A DNA stretch of 32,000 bases from Kineococcus radiotolerans SRS30216 = ATCC BAA-149 (GTDB lineage: Bacteria; Actinomycetota; Actinomycetes; Actinomycetales; Kineococcaceae): contig NC_009664.2 of assembly GCF_000017305.1 (NCBI RefSeq), forward strand, positions 3,330,001 through 3,362,000, given 5' to 3'. Below, piece by piece: positions 23,886 to 31,191 of the stretch. The notes under the pieces were generated by a model. The model saw only the letters and a list, made by a program, of their open reading frames with translations. It was not told where the DNA came from and made no database searches. The translations under genes and the position numbers were made by a program. Position 1 is the stretch's first letter; each line of letters opens with the position of its first letter.

Positions 23886-26800
23886 TCAGCCCGGCAGGCC
23901 GGGCAGTTCCGCGGCCAGCGCCGCCGTCGGGTCGGCCGCGGTGAGCACCTCAGCGAGCGCCGTGCGCAGCGACCAGCGGCCCACCGCCTGGGCCAGCCCG
24001 GCCGCGGCGGCCGCCGCGTCGACGGCCAGGACCCCGCCGTCCTCCCCGACCCAGAACCGGACGGGCTCGCCGTCGCAGCGCAGCCGCTCGACGTGGCGCC
24101 ACGACCCGGGCAGGTCCGGGGCGAGGACGGCGGCGGCCGCGGGGACCTCGCGCTCCTCCCCGCCCGGGTGCTCCACGACCCCCGCCGCCCGGTCGGAGGA
24201 GAGGTCCAGGTCCAGCAGGTCCGCCACGGCCACCGCGGCGTGCGCCGGGACGAGGACCCGCGGCCCGAGGTCGGTGCGCTGGGCCCACGCCGGGGACTCC
24301 ACGACGACCGCGTCGCCGGCCGCCGCCACCACCACCCGCCCCCCGGCGTCGAGGGCGGCCAGGCGCGGCGGCGCGGCGAGGACGACGTCGCCGGCGCAGC
24401 GGCCCAGCAGCCCCCACAGCACCAGCAGGTCCACCGGCGCGGGCGGCTGCTCCGCGCTCAGGCGCAGCAGCGCCGGCAGGTCCTCCGCCCCGGCCGCGCC
24501 CAGGTCCGGCAGCACCCCGAGCGCGGCCCGGGCCGCGGCCGGCAGCGAGGCGCTCCAGCCCGGCGCCACCGGGACCCACGCCGGGGCGCGGCCCCCCGCG
24601 GTGCGCGAGACCTCCGGCAGCGGGCCGTGCCGGCGCAGCCACCAGGACGTCAGCCCCGTCCTCCGGTGCTCCCCGAGGCACCACGGGGCGGTGAGCGCGC
24701 GCAGCCCCGCGGGGGTGCCGGCGAGGTCGGCGAGGACCTCCGGCCACGCCCCGACGACGAGGTCGAGGTCGCGCACGACGACGACGTCGGGCACCGCGGC
24801 CCCCTCGTCCAGCACGTCGCCCCAGACGTCCTCGACGTACTCCGCGAAACCCGCCAGCCCCGCCTCCTCGCCCGCCCCGGGATCGCCCAGGTCGAGCTCG
24901 TCCAGGTGCGTCAGCGCCGGGCCGGACAGCACCCCCACCGCCCGCAGGACGGCGGATCCCCACTCCCGCAGCGTGTCCGGCGCCACCGGGACGACGTCGT
25001 CGGGGTCGAGGGCCCGTTCGGCGAGGGTGCCGGGCAGCAGCAGCGCACCCGCCGGGGCGAGGTCGTCCACCTCGTCGGGCAGGGCGAGGTCGGCCAGCCA
25101 GGGGAGGTCCTGCGCGGTGCGCCGCACCGCGTCCTCGTCGGGGGCGCCGCCGGGGCCGGTGACCACCGCCGCCACCAGGTCCAGCACGGCCCCGGCCACC
25201 TCGTCGGGGTCCTCGGCGTCGGGGGAGGCCGCGACCGCGGCCCGCACGGCGGGATCGGTCAGCACCGCCCACGCCCCGCCCTCGCGCGCGCCCAGGCGCA
25301 GCAGCAGGTCCCGGCCAGGACCCTGCGAGGCCACCGGGTCCACCACCCGCAGCCCGTGCCCGGCGAAGACCCGCGCGGCGGCGGGGTCGAGCAGGTCGGG
25401 GTCGTCGAGCAGGACCGTCCCGCGGGGGCCGTGGACCCGCCGCCCGTCCAGCAGGGGGACCGGCAGGCCGGACATCGCCTCGCGGGCGGAGGGGTCCGCG
25501 GCCAGCGGGGCCAGCGCCGCGAACAGGTCCCGGCTGCCCGTCGCGTCCAGCCCGGGCAGGACGTCGAGGACGTCGGCCAGCCCCAGCCGGGCGACCCCGA
25601 GCTCGGTGAGCAGCCGGTCCGCGGAGCGCGGGGCCGCGATCAGCCCGGCCAGTGCCGGGGCGAGCGCGGCCAGCAGCGCGGGGTCGTCGGCGCCGGCGCC
25701 GGTGAGCGCCACCGCGGAGCTGGGCCGCAACAGCAGCGGGGCGGCCCCCCCGTCGTGCCCGGGGTGCTCCACGGCCACCAGGAGCGGGGCGTCGCGGGCC
25801 CGGTCCAGGACCCGGCGGCGCAGCTCCGCGTCCACCCGCCCGGCGCCGAGGCCGAAGGGGAGCAGCGCCGGGGCGTCGCCCCCGTCGGCGGCGACCTCGG
25901 TGAGCAGCGCGCAGTACGCCTCGGCCGCGGCGTCGAGCAGGGCGTCGGTGGCCCGCCCGGGCGCGAGCCGGCGCCGGTCGGGACCCAGCGGGAACGTCGC
26001 CACCAGGACCGCCGGCCACGGCAGGTCCTCGTCGGTGGGGGTCGGGGCGCACACCACGCCGGGCAGGAGCGCCGGGGCCGGACCGTCCCCGGTCTCGTCC
26101 CCGGGTCCGGCGGCCCCGGCGGGCAGGGCCCAGGTCAGCTGCCAGCCCAGCCGGCGGCGGTCCTCCACCCCGCGGTCGGCGAGGTCGGCGGGGTCGTGGC
26201 GGCCGGTGCGGCGCAGCACCCGCCAGCGCCGCCCGACGTCGGTCACGCGCCGGGCCGGGTGCCCCGGCACCTCCACGACGACCTCGGCCAGCGCGGGGAG
26301 CGCGAGCAGCAGCACGTCGCCCACGCCGTGGCGGACCCCGGGGGCCAGCAGGGCCTCCACCGCCGCGCGGGCCTCGGCGTCGCGCAGCGGGAGGTCCACG
26401 ACGGTGTCGTAGCCGGCCGGCACCTGCGCGGCGTCGGGGGCGGGGAAGGGCAGCCGCAGCGCCGGCACGTGACCCTCGCGGCGGTCCACCTCGGCGACCA
26501 GCCCGGGCGAGGCGCCCGCCCGCAGCAGGGCGGCGGATTCCGTGCGGGAGAAGCGGACCGCGCCGGTCGAGGAGCGGATCGCCGGGGCGTCGGTGACGGC
26601 GAGGACGGCGGCGAACCCCACGCCGAAGCGCCCGACGACGCCCGGCGCGCCGGCGGGGCCGGCCTTGGCGCTCGCGCGCAGGGTGGCGAGCCCCTGCACC
26701 CCCTCGGCGTCGAGCGGGGCGCCGGTGTTCGCGGCCAGCAGCCGGCCCGGGCCCCCGGCGGGGTCGTCGAGCAGCCGCAGCAGCAACCGGCCCTCGACGC

Positions 26801-26993
26801 CGGCGTCCGCCGCGGCGTCGGCGGCGTTCTGCGCGAGCTCCACGACGAGCCGGTCGCGGTAGGCGCCCAGGGAGGCGTCCTCCTCGGCGTTGGCGTCCTC
26901 GCGCAGCCGGGCGGGGGAGTCGGCCCACCCGGCCAGGACCCGCGCCCGCAGGGCGGCCGTGCCGAACGGGTCGTCCCCGCCGAGGGGGGTCAG
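23886..26993 (-). CDS. Large (~1035 aa) sacsin/Hsp90-like GHKL ATP-binding domain protein of unknown function
   Basis: N-terminal DPFGTAALRARVLAGW...LVVELAQNAADAA (N-box, 26814-26840) and VGRFGVGFAAV (G-box, 26613-26633) resemble Hsp90 ELISNSSDA / GQFGVGF. The rest is Ala/Leu/Asp/Pro-rich without named motifs. The start is inferred at CTG 26993; there is no canonical start nearby. Confidence 0.8.
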   Translation of the reverse strand: MTPLGGDDPFGTAALRARVLAGWADSPARLREDANAEEDASLGAYRDRLVVELAQNAADAAADAGVEGRLLLRLLDDPAGGPGRLLAANTGAPLDAEGVQGLATLRASAKAGPAGAPGVVGRFGVGFAAVLAVTDAPAIRSSTGAVRFSRTESAALLRAGASPGLVAEVDRREGHVPALRLPFPAPDAAQVPAGYDTVVDLPLRDAEARAAVEALLAPGVRHGVGDVLLLALPALAEVVVEVPGHPARRVTDVGRRWRVLRRTGRHDPADLADRGVEDRRRLGWQLTWALPAGAAGPGDETGDGPAPALLPGVVCAPTPTDEDLPWPAVLVATFPLGPDRRRLAPGRATDALLDAAAEAYCALLTEVAADGGDAPALLPFGLGAGRVDAELRRRVLDRARDAPLLVAVEHPGHDGGAAPLLLRPSSAVALTGAGADDPALLAALAPALAGLIAAPRSADRLLTELGVARLGLADVLDVLPGLDATGSRDLFAALAPLAADPSAREAMSGLPVPLLDGRRVHGPRGTVLLDDPDLLDPAAARVFAGHGLRVVDPVASQGPGRDLLLRLGAREGGAWAVLTDPAVRAAVAASPDAEDPDEVAGAVLDLVAAVVTGPGGAPDEDAVRRTAQDLPWLADLALPDEVDDLAPAGALLLPGTLAERALDPDDVVPVAPDTLREWGSAVLRAVGVLSGPALTHLDELDLGDPGAGEEAGLAGFAEYVEDVWGDVLDEGAAVPDVVVVRDLDLVVGAWPEVLADLAGTPAGLRALTAPWCLGEHRRTGLTSWWLRRHGPLPEVSRTAGGRAPAWVPVAPGWSASLPAAARAALGVLPDLGAAGAEDLPALLRLSAEQPPAPVDLLVLWGLLGRCAGDVVLAAPPRLAALDAGGRVVVAAAGDAVVVESPAWAQRTDLGPRVLVPAHAAVAVADLLDLDLSSDRAAGVVEHPGGEEREVPAAAAVLAPDLPGSWRHVERLRCDGEPVRFWVGEDGGVLAVDAAAAAAGLAQAVGRWSLRTALAEVLTAADPTAALAAELPGLPG

Positions 26994-27988
26994 GAGCTCG
27001 GGTCCACGAGCTCGAAGGCGGCCGGGTCGAGGTCGTCGACGACCAGGGGCGACGCGGGGGCGTCCGCCACCACCTCGACGTCGGTCTCGCTGTGGGCCCC
27101 GCAGCCGTGGTCGGCGCTGACGACGCGGGCGTCCTCGGGGGACCACTCGTTGGCGCAGACGCCGAAGACCTGGCGCAGGGACCCGGCCAGGGGCAGGAAG
27201 AAGCCGCACGTCGAGCACGGCGCCTTGGCGTTCTCGGCGATCTCGGTGCGCGGGCCGCGGTCGCCGTCGTACCAGCGCGTCGCGGCCTCGTCGCGGCCGA
27301 GGGGGGAGAGGACGCGCTCGCGGCCCAGGCCCAGCTCCCAGAGCGCCAGCTCGTCGGCCTCGGCGTCGCCGGTGGCCTCGTAGCCCTGCTCCAGCAGCGG
27401 GTCGTCGGCCTTGCGCGGCAGGGTGTCCTGCGGGCCGACGTCGCCGGGGGCGATGCGCTCGGACCACGGCAGCCACTCCGGTGCGCGCAGGGCGTCCTCG
27501 CCGGGCAGCAGGCAGACCTCGTTGACGGTGACGTTGCGCGCGCGGGAGGCGCGGGTGACGGTGACCGTCCAGCGCCAGCCCCGGTAGCCGGGCAGCAGGC
27601 AGGCGAAGGCGTGGCTGACGATGCGGTCGCCCTCGGCGGTGGCCTCGAGGTGCTCCCCGACGCTGTCGTCCTCGGCGACCTCCTCGGCCGCGGTGCGGGC
27701 GAGGTCGACGGCGGCGGCCGCGGCGGCGTCCAGGGTGGGCTTGCGGGGGCGGCGGGCGCGCTTGGCGGGCACCTCGACGCCGGCGGTCTCGGGGTGCTCC
27801 CCGGCGCCGGCGTCCTCGGCGACCTCCTCGGCCGCGGCGAGCTCGACGGCGGCGGCGGCGGCCGGGGTGGGCTTGCGGGGGCGGCGGGCGCGCTTGGCGG
27901 GCACCTCGACGGCAGCGGCCTCGGGGGCTTCGGGGGCCTCGACGGCCTCGGGGGTGGCGCCGTCCAGGGGCGCGGTCGCCTCGCTCAC
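26990..27988 (-). CDS. DUF3027-like protein (acidic/basic repeat N-terminus, C-terminal Cys/His cluster)
   Basis: 332 aa. The GTG start overlaps the csp stop (GTGA at 27985-27988). Two VEVPAKRARRPRKPT repeats. The C-terminal CSTCGFF...GVCANEWS...DHGCGAHS suggests metal binding. Confidence 0.75.
   Translation of the reverse strand: MSEATAPLDGATPEAVEAPEAPEAAAVEVPAKRARRPRKPTPAAAAAVELAAAEEVAEDAGAGEHPETAGVEVPAKRARRPRKPTLDAAAAAAVDLARTAAEEVAEDDSVGEHLEATAEGDRIVSHAFACLLPGYRGWRWTVTVTRASRARNVTVNEVCLLPGEDALRAPEWLPWSERIAPGDVGPQDTLPRKADDPLLEQGYEATGDAEADELALWELGLGRERVLSPLGRDEAATRWYDGDRGPRTEIAENAKAPCSTCGFFLPLAGSLRQVFGVCANEWSPEDARVVSADHGCGAHSETDVEVVADAPASPLVVDDLDPAAFELVDPSS
27649..27924 (-). repeat. Imperfect tandem duplication (144 + 132 bp) inside the DUF3027-like CDS
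   Basis: Copy A is 27649-27792 and copy B is 27793-27924. A 46-nt perfect core GGTGGGCTTGCGGGGGCGGCGGGCGCGCTTGGCGGGCACCTCGACG occurs at 27734-27779 and 27866-27911. The copies differ by two 6-nt indels, so the reading frame is kept. Confidence 0.9.
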
Positions 27989-28374
27989 GCGCCGGCCTCG
28001 AAGTCGTCGGCGACGGCCCGCAGGACGGTGGCGACCTTCTTCGCCCCGGCCTTGTCGGGGTAGCGCCCGCGCCGCAGCGACCCGGAGACCCCGTCGAGGA
28101 GCTTGATGAGGTCCTCGACGATCGGCACCACGTCCTCGGGCTTCTTGCGCGTCGCGCGGGCGACGGAGTGCACCGGGTCGAGCAGGCGCACCGAGAGCGC
28201 CTGCGTCCCGTTCTTGCCCTGCACGACGCCGAACTCGACGCGGCTGCCCTTGGACAGCGTCGTCGTGCCCGCGGGCAGCGCGGAGGCGTGCACGAACACC
28301 TCGGCGCCGTCCTCGGCGGCGAGGAAGCCGAACCCCTTGTCGGCGTCGAACCACTTGACCTTGCCAGTGGGCAC
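27985..28374 (-). CDS. Cold-shock domain protein with a ~60-aa C-terminal extension (mycobacterial CspB-like)
   Basis: PTGKVKWFDADKGFGFLAAEDGAEVFVHASAL followed by ...EDLIKLLDGVSGSLRRGRYPDKAGAKKVATVLRAV. GTG 28374 (GGAGAAGG upstream) gives the N-terminus VPTGKVKW, as in M. tuberculosis CspB. Alternative ATG at 28443. Confidence 0.85.
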   Translation of the reverse strand: MPTGKVKWFDADKGFGFLAAEDGAEVFVHASALPAGTTTLSKGSRVEFGVVQGKNGTQALSVRLLDPVHSVARATRKKPEDVVPIVEDLIKLLDGVSGSLRRGRYPDKAGAKKVATVLRAVADDFEAGA

Positions 28375-28503
28375 GGGAACCTTCTCCAGTTGCGGTGCCG
28401 GGCGCTGCGGCGGGGCCGCGCGCACCGGCGGGTGTGCGTTCATGTCTCGAGAGCCGGCGGCGGCGCGCCCGGGGGCGGCGCCGCGACGGCGGTCCCCCCC
28501 AGG

Positions 28504-29229
28504 TTAACGGGGGACGGGGGTCCCGCGCTCACCGCGGCGCAGGTCCGCGACGTGGGTGGTGAGCCAGGCGGGGAAGTCCTCCAGGCCGGCGAGCACCACG
28601 TCGGCGCCCGCGGCGCGCAGCGCGGGCGCGTCGTGCGCGCCCGTCGTCACCGCGACGGCGACGGCGCCGGCCACCCGCGCGGCGCGCACGTCCCCGGGGT
28701 GGTCGCCGACGTAGGCCGTCGCCCCCAGCTCCGCCAGCCGCACCCCCTTGGCCTCGGCGAAGAGGTCGCCGGTGACGTCCGCCGCCGCGACCGAGCCGGC
28801 CAGCCCGCTCACCGCCAGCACGCGGTGCACGTTGGGGGCGTGCTTGGCGCTGACGACGACGCTGCGCCCGCCGTGGGCGGCGGGGGCGGCGAGCGCGGCG
28901 GCCGCACCGGGGTAGGCCCGGACGGAGTCGACGCCCAGCACGGGGTAGAGCCCGCGGTAGCGGGCCGCGAGGGCCTCGACGGCGCTCGCGGGGGTCCCGG
29001 GGGCCAGCCCGGCGAGGATGAGCTCCAGCGGCATCCCGGCGTAGGGGCGGGTGTCGGCGGCGGTGACGGTGACGCCGGCCTCGGCCAGCACGGCGATCAG
29101 CGTCGCGGCGATGCCGTCGCTGGAGTCCACCAGCGTCATGTCGAGGTCGAAGCCCACGACCGGCGCCACCGGCGGGACGGGGGCGGCCGGGGCGGCCGCG
29201 ACGTCGTCGGTCTCGGGCGCGCTGCTCAC
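28504..29229 (-). CDS. HAD-superfamily hydrolase (subfamily IA, phosphoglycolate-phosphatase-like)
   Basis: Motif [13 protein letters not shown], motif II VVSAK, motif [14 protein letters not shown] start at 29229, TAA stop. Confidence 0.85.
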   Translation of the reverse strand: MSSAPETDDVAAAPAAPVPPVAPVVGFDLDMTLVDSSDGIAATLIAVLAEAGVTVTAADTRPYAGMPLELILAGLAPGTPASAVEALAARYRGLYPVLGVDSVRAYPGAAAALAAPAAHGGRSVVVSAKHAPNVHRVLAVSGLAGSVAAADVTGDLFAEAKGVRLAELGATAYVGDHPGDVRAARVAGAVAVAVTTGAHDAPALRAAGADVVLAGLEDFPAWLTTHVADLRRGERGTPVPR

Positions 29230-29402
29230 CGGGCCAGCCTAGGTGGACCCCGGCGGCGGGGGGGCGTCCGCCCGGTGAGACGCTGCGCACGCCGCTTGCG
29301 CGCCTCCCGGGGCTGCGCAAGGGTCGCTGTGCGAGGCGGGCCGGTGCCGCCGGACCTCGTCCCGCGCACGACGACGTTCGAAGGAAGGGACGAGGAGAAC
29401 GC

Positions 29403-30026
29403 ATGGCTGACTACACGCTTCCGGATCTGCCCTACGACTACTCCGCGCTCGAGCCCCACATCTCCGGGGCGATCATGGAGCTGCACCACGACAAGCACCA
29501 CGCCACCTACGTGGCCGGGGCGAACACCGCGCTGGAGAAGCTCGCCGAGGCCCGCGCCAAGGACGACCTCTCGACGGTGAACCTGCACGAGAAGAACCTC
29601 GCGTTCAACCTCGGCGGGCACGTCAACCACTCGGTGTTCTGGCCGAACCTGTCCCCGGACGGCGGCGACAAGCCGGTCGGCGAGCTGGCCGCGGCCATCG
29701 ACGAGAACTTCGGTTCCTTCGAGGGCTTCCAGAAGCACTTCACCGCCACCGCCCTGGGCATCCAGGGCTCCGGCTGGTCGATCCTGGCCTGGGACTCCAT
29801 CGGGCAGAAGCTCGTCAACGTGCAGCTCTACGACCAGCAGTCGAACCTGGCCCTGGGCCTGGTGCCGGTCCTCATGCTGGACATGTGGGAGCACGCGTTC
29901 TACCTGGACTACAAGAACGTGAAGCCGGACTACGTCAAGGCGTGGTGGAACGTGGCGAACTGGGCCGACGCGGCGCAGCGCTTCGAGCGTGCCCGCACCC
30001 AGACGGTGGGCCTCATCGTCCCCTGA
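29403..30026 (+). CDS. sodA: Fe/Mn superoxide dismutase
   Basis: [38 protein letters not shown] and [13 protein letters not shown] carry the metal ligands H, H, D, H. 207 aa. Confidence 0.97.
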   Translation: MADYTLPDLPYDYSALEPHISGAIMELHHDKHHATYVAGANTALEKLAEARAKDDLSTVNLHEKNLAFNLGGHVNHSVFWPNLSPDGGDKPVGELAAAIDENFGSFEGFQKHFTATALGIQGSGWSILAWDSIGQKLVNVQLYDQQSNLALGLVPVLMLDMWEHAFYLDYKNVKPDYVKAWWNVANWADAAQRFERARTQTVGLIVP

Positions 30027-30050
30027 GGACGCCCGCGCACCGCTGAGCGA

Positions 30051-30082
30051 CCCCCCACCCCGCGCGCGGGGTGGGGGGTTCT
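30051..30082 (+). terminator. Intrinsic-terminator-like hairpin after sodA
   Basis: Perfect 28-nt palindrome CCCCCCACCCCGCG/CGCGGGGTGGGGGG at 30051-30078, followed by TTCT. It starts 25 nt after the stop codon. Confidence 0.65.
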
Positions 30083-30203
30083 GCACGTCCGGGGGCGGCG
30101 GTGGGCCGTCGAGCCGGCGGGGCCCGGGGAGCAGCGCGTGCCCGGGGTTCCGCGTGCGGCTCCGGGCGCCGGTGCCGGATCCTGGGAACGTTCCCGCGCC
30201 CGG

Positions 30204-31100
30204 TCACCCCGCCGGGGCCGCCAGGTGCCGGCGCAGTTCGGCGAGGAAGGCCCGGGTCGCGGCGGAGGACGTCGCCCCGGCGTGCAGGACGCAGCTGCGC
30301 CGGACCGGGCCGTCGGTGACGACGACGGTGCGGACCCCGTCCCCGGCCTCGCCGCCGCGCACCGCCGCGGCCGGGAGCAGGGCCACGCCCGCCCCGGAGC
30401 GCACCAGGTCCAGCAGCAGCCGCAGGTCGTCGGTCTCCACCACGACGTCGCGGGCCAGGCGGGCCGCGGCGAACGCCTCGTCGGTCTGGCGCCGTCCCCC
30501 GGTCCCGGCGGGGAAGTCGACGAAGGGGCAGGCGGCCACGTCCCGCAGCCGGACCCGGCGCCGCGCGCGCAGCGGGTGGTCGGGGCCGAGGACGGCGACG
30601 TGGGGTTCGGTGGCCAGCACCTCGGCCTCGACCCCGCGCGGCGGGGCGTCCAGCGGGAACCCGGCCAGACCCGCGTCGAGGGTGCCCGCCGCGACCTGGG
30701 CCAGGGTGATCTCGCTGCTGTGCACGGTGACCGAGGCGCGGATCCCCGGGTGGGCCCGGCGCAGCGCCAGCAGCACCTCGTGCAGGCGCAGGTCGGGCAG
30801 GGTGGGGATGGTCCCGATCCGCAGGCGGCCCTCCACCGCCCCCGAGGCGGCCACGACGTCGGTGCGCAACCGGTCCAGCTCCGCCAGCACGCTGCGGGCC
30901 CGGGGGAGCAGCGCCTCCCCGGCCGGGGTCAGCCGCACCCGGCGGCTGGTGCGCTCGAACAGCGGGGCCCCGAGCTCCTCCTCGAGGGCGGCGACCTGGT
31001 GGCTGAGGGCGGACTGGGCGATGCCCAGCGCGGCCGCGGCCCGGGTGAAGTGCAGGCCGTCCGCGACGGCGAGGACGCAGCGCAGCTGCAGCGGGGTCAC
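30204..31100 (-). CDS. LysR-family transcriptional regulator
   Basis: MTPLQLRCVLAVADGLHFTRAAAALGIAQSALSHQVAALEEELGAPLFERTSRRVRLTPAG is a LysR HTH, followed by a substrate-binding domain. GTG start at 31100. Confidence 0.93.
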   Translation of the reverse strand: MTPLQLRCVLAVADGLHFTRAAAALGIAQSALSHQVAALEEELGAPLFERTSRRVRLTPAGEALLPRARSVLAELDRLRTDVVAASGAVEGRLRIGTIPTLPDLRLHEVLLALRRAHPGIRASVTVHSSEITLAQVAAGTLDAGLAGFPLDAPPRGVEAEVLATEPHVAVLGPDHPLRARRRVRLRDVAACPFVDFPAGTGGRRQTDEAFAAARLARDVVVETDDLRLLLDLVRSGAGVALLPAAAVRGGEAGDGVRTVVVTDGPVRRSCVLHAGATSSAATRAFLAELRRHLAAPAG

Positions 31101-31113
31101 CCCCGCAGGCTAG

Positions 31114-31154
31114 CCGTCGATCGGGTTCCGCGATCGGTCCCGACCCGTCGATCG
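31114..31154. promoter_or_regulatory. LysR-box-like dyad and repeats in the LysR/MFS divergent intergenic region
   Basis: CGATCG-GGTTCCG-CGATCG dyad at 31118-31136 contains T-N11-A (31121-31133). The 10-bp direct repeat CCGTCGATCG occurs at 31114-23 and 31145-54. Confidence 0.45.
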
Positions 31155-31191
31155 CTTGGACAGCGGTCGCGGGGACGACGACGATGGTCCG

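Noticed and set aside
26960-27010. Programmed -1 ribosomal frameshift or homopolymer (G6 at 26984-26989) indel fusing the DUF3027-like and GHKL proteins.
   Set aside because: There is no slippery X XXY YYZ heptamer before the TGA. Adding or deleting one G in the run does not create a continuous sensible frame or a start codon. The CTGA coupling is the simpler reading.
26994-27476. Extension of the GHKL ATPase ORF to GTG 27476 or GTG 27146.
   Set aside because: It would overlap the DUF3027-like CDS by 150-480 nt in a frame with poor GC3 and an Arg-rich translation. The conserved N-terminus begins at about 26980.
28375-28443. ATG 28443 start for the CspB-like gene (152-aa version).
   Set aside because: The mycobacterial CspB homologue I recall begins MPTGKVKW. 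GTG 28374 has an SD-like GGAGAAGG upstream. GC3 of the extension is inconclusive, so it stays as an alternative.
29230-29402. HAD/sodA divergent region: G7 run (29258-64), CTTGCGC/GCGCAAG inverted repeat (29295-29321) and TTCGAA (29377-82), considered as possible sodA regulatory sites.
   Set aside because: The arms are short and imperfect, with no recognisable operator consensus I can name. Comparative data would be needed.
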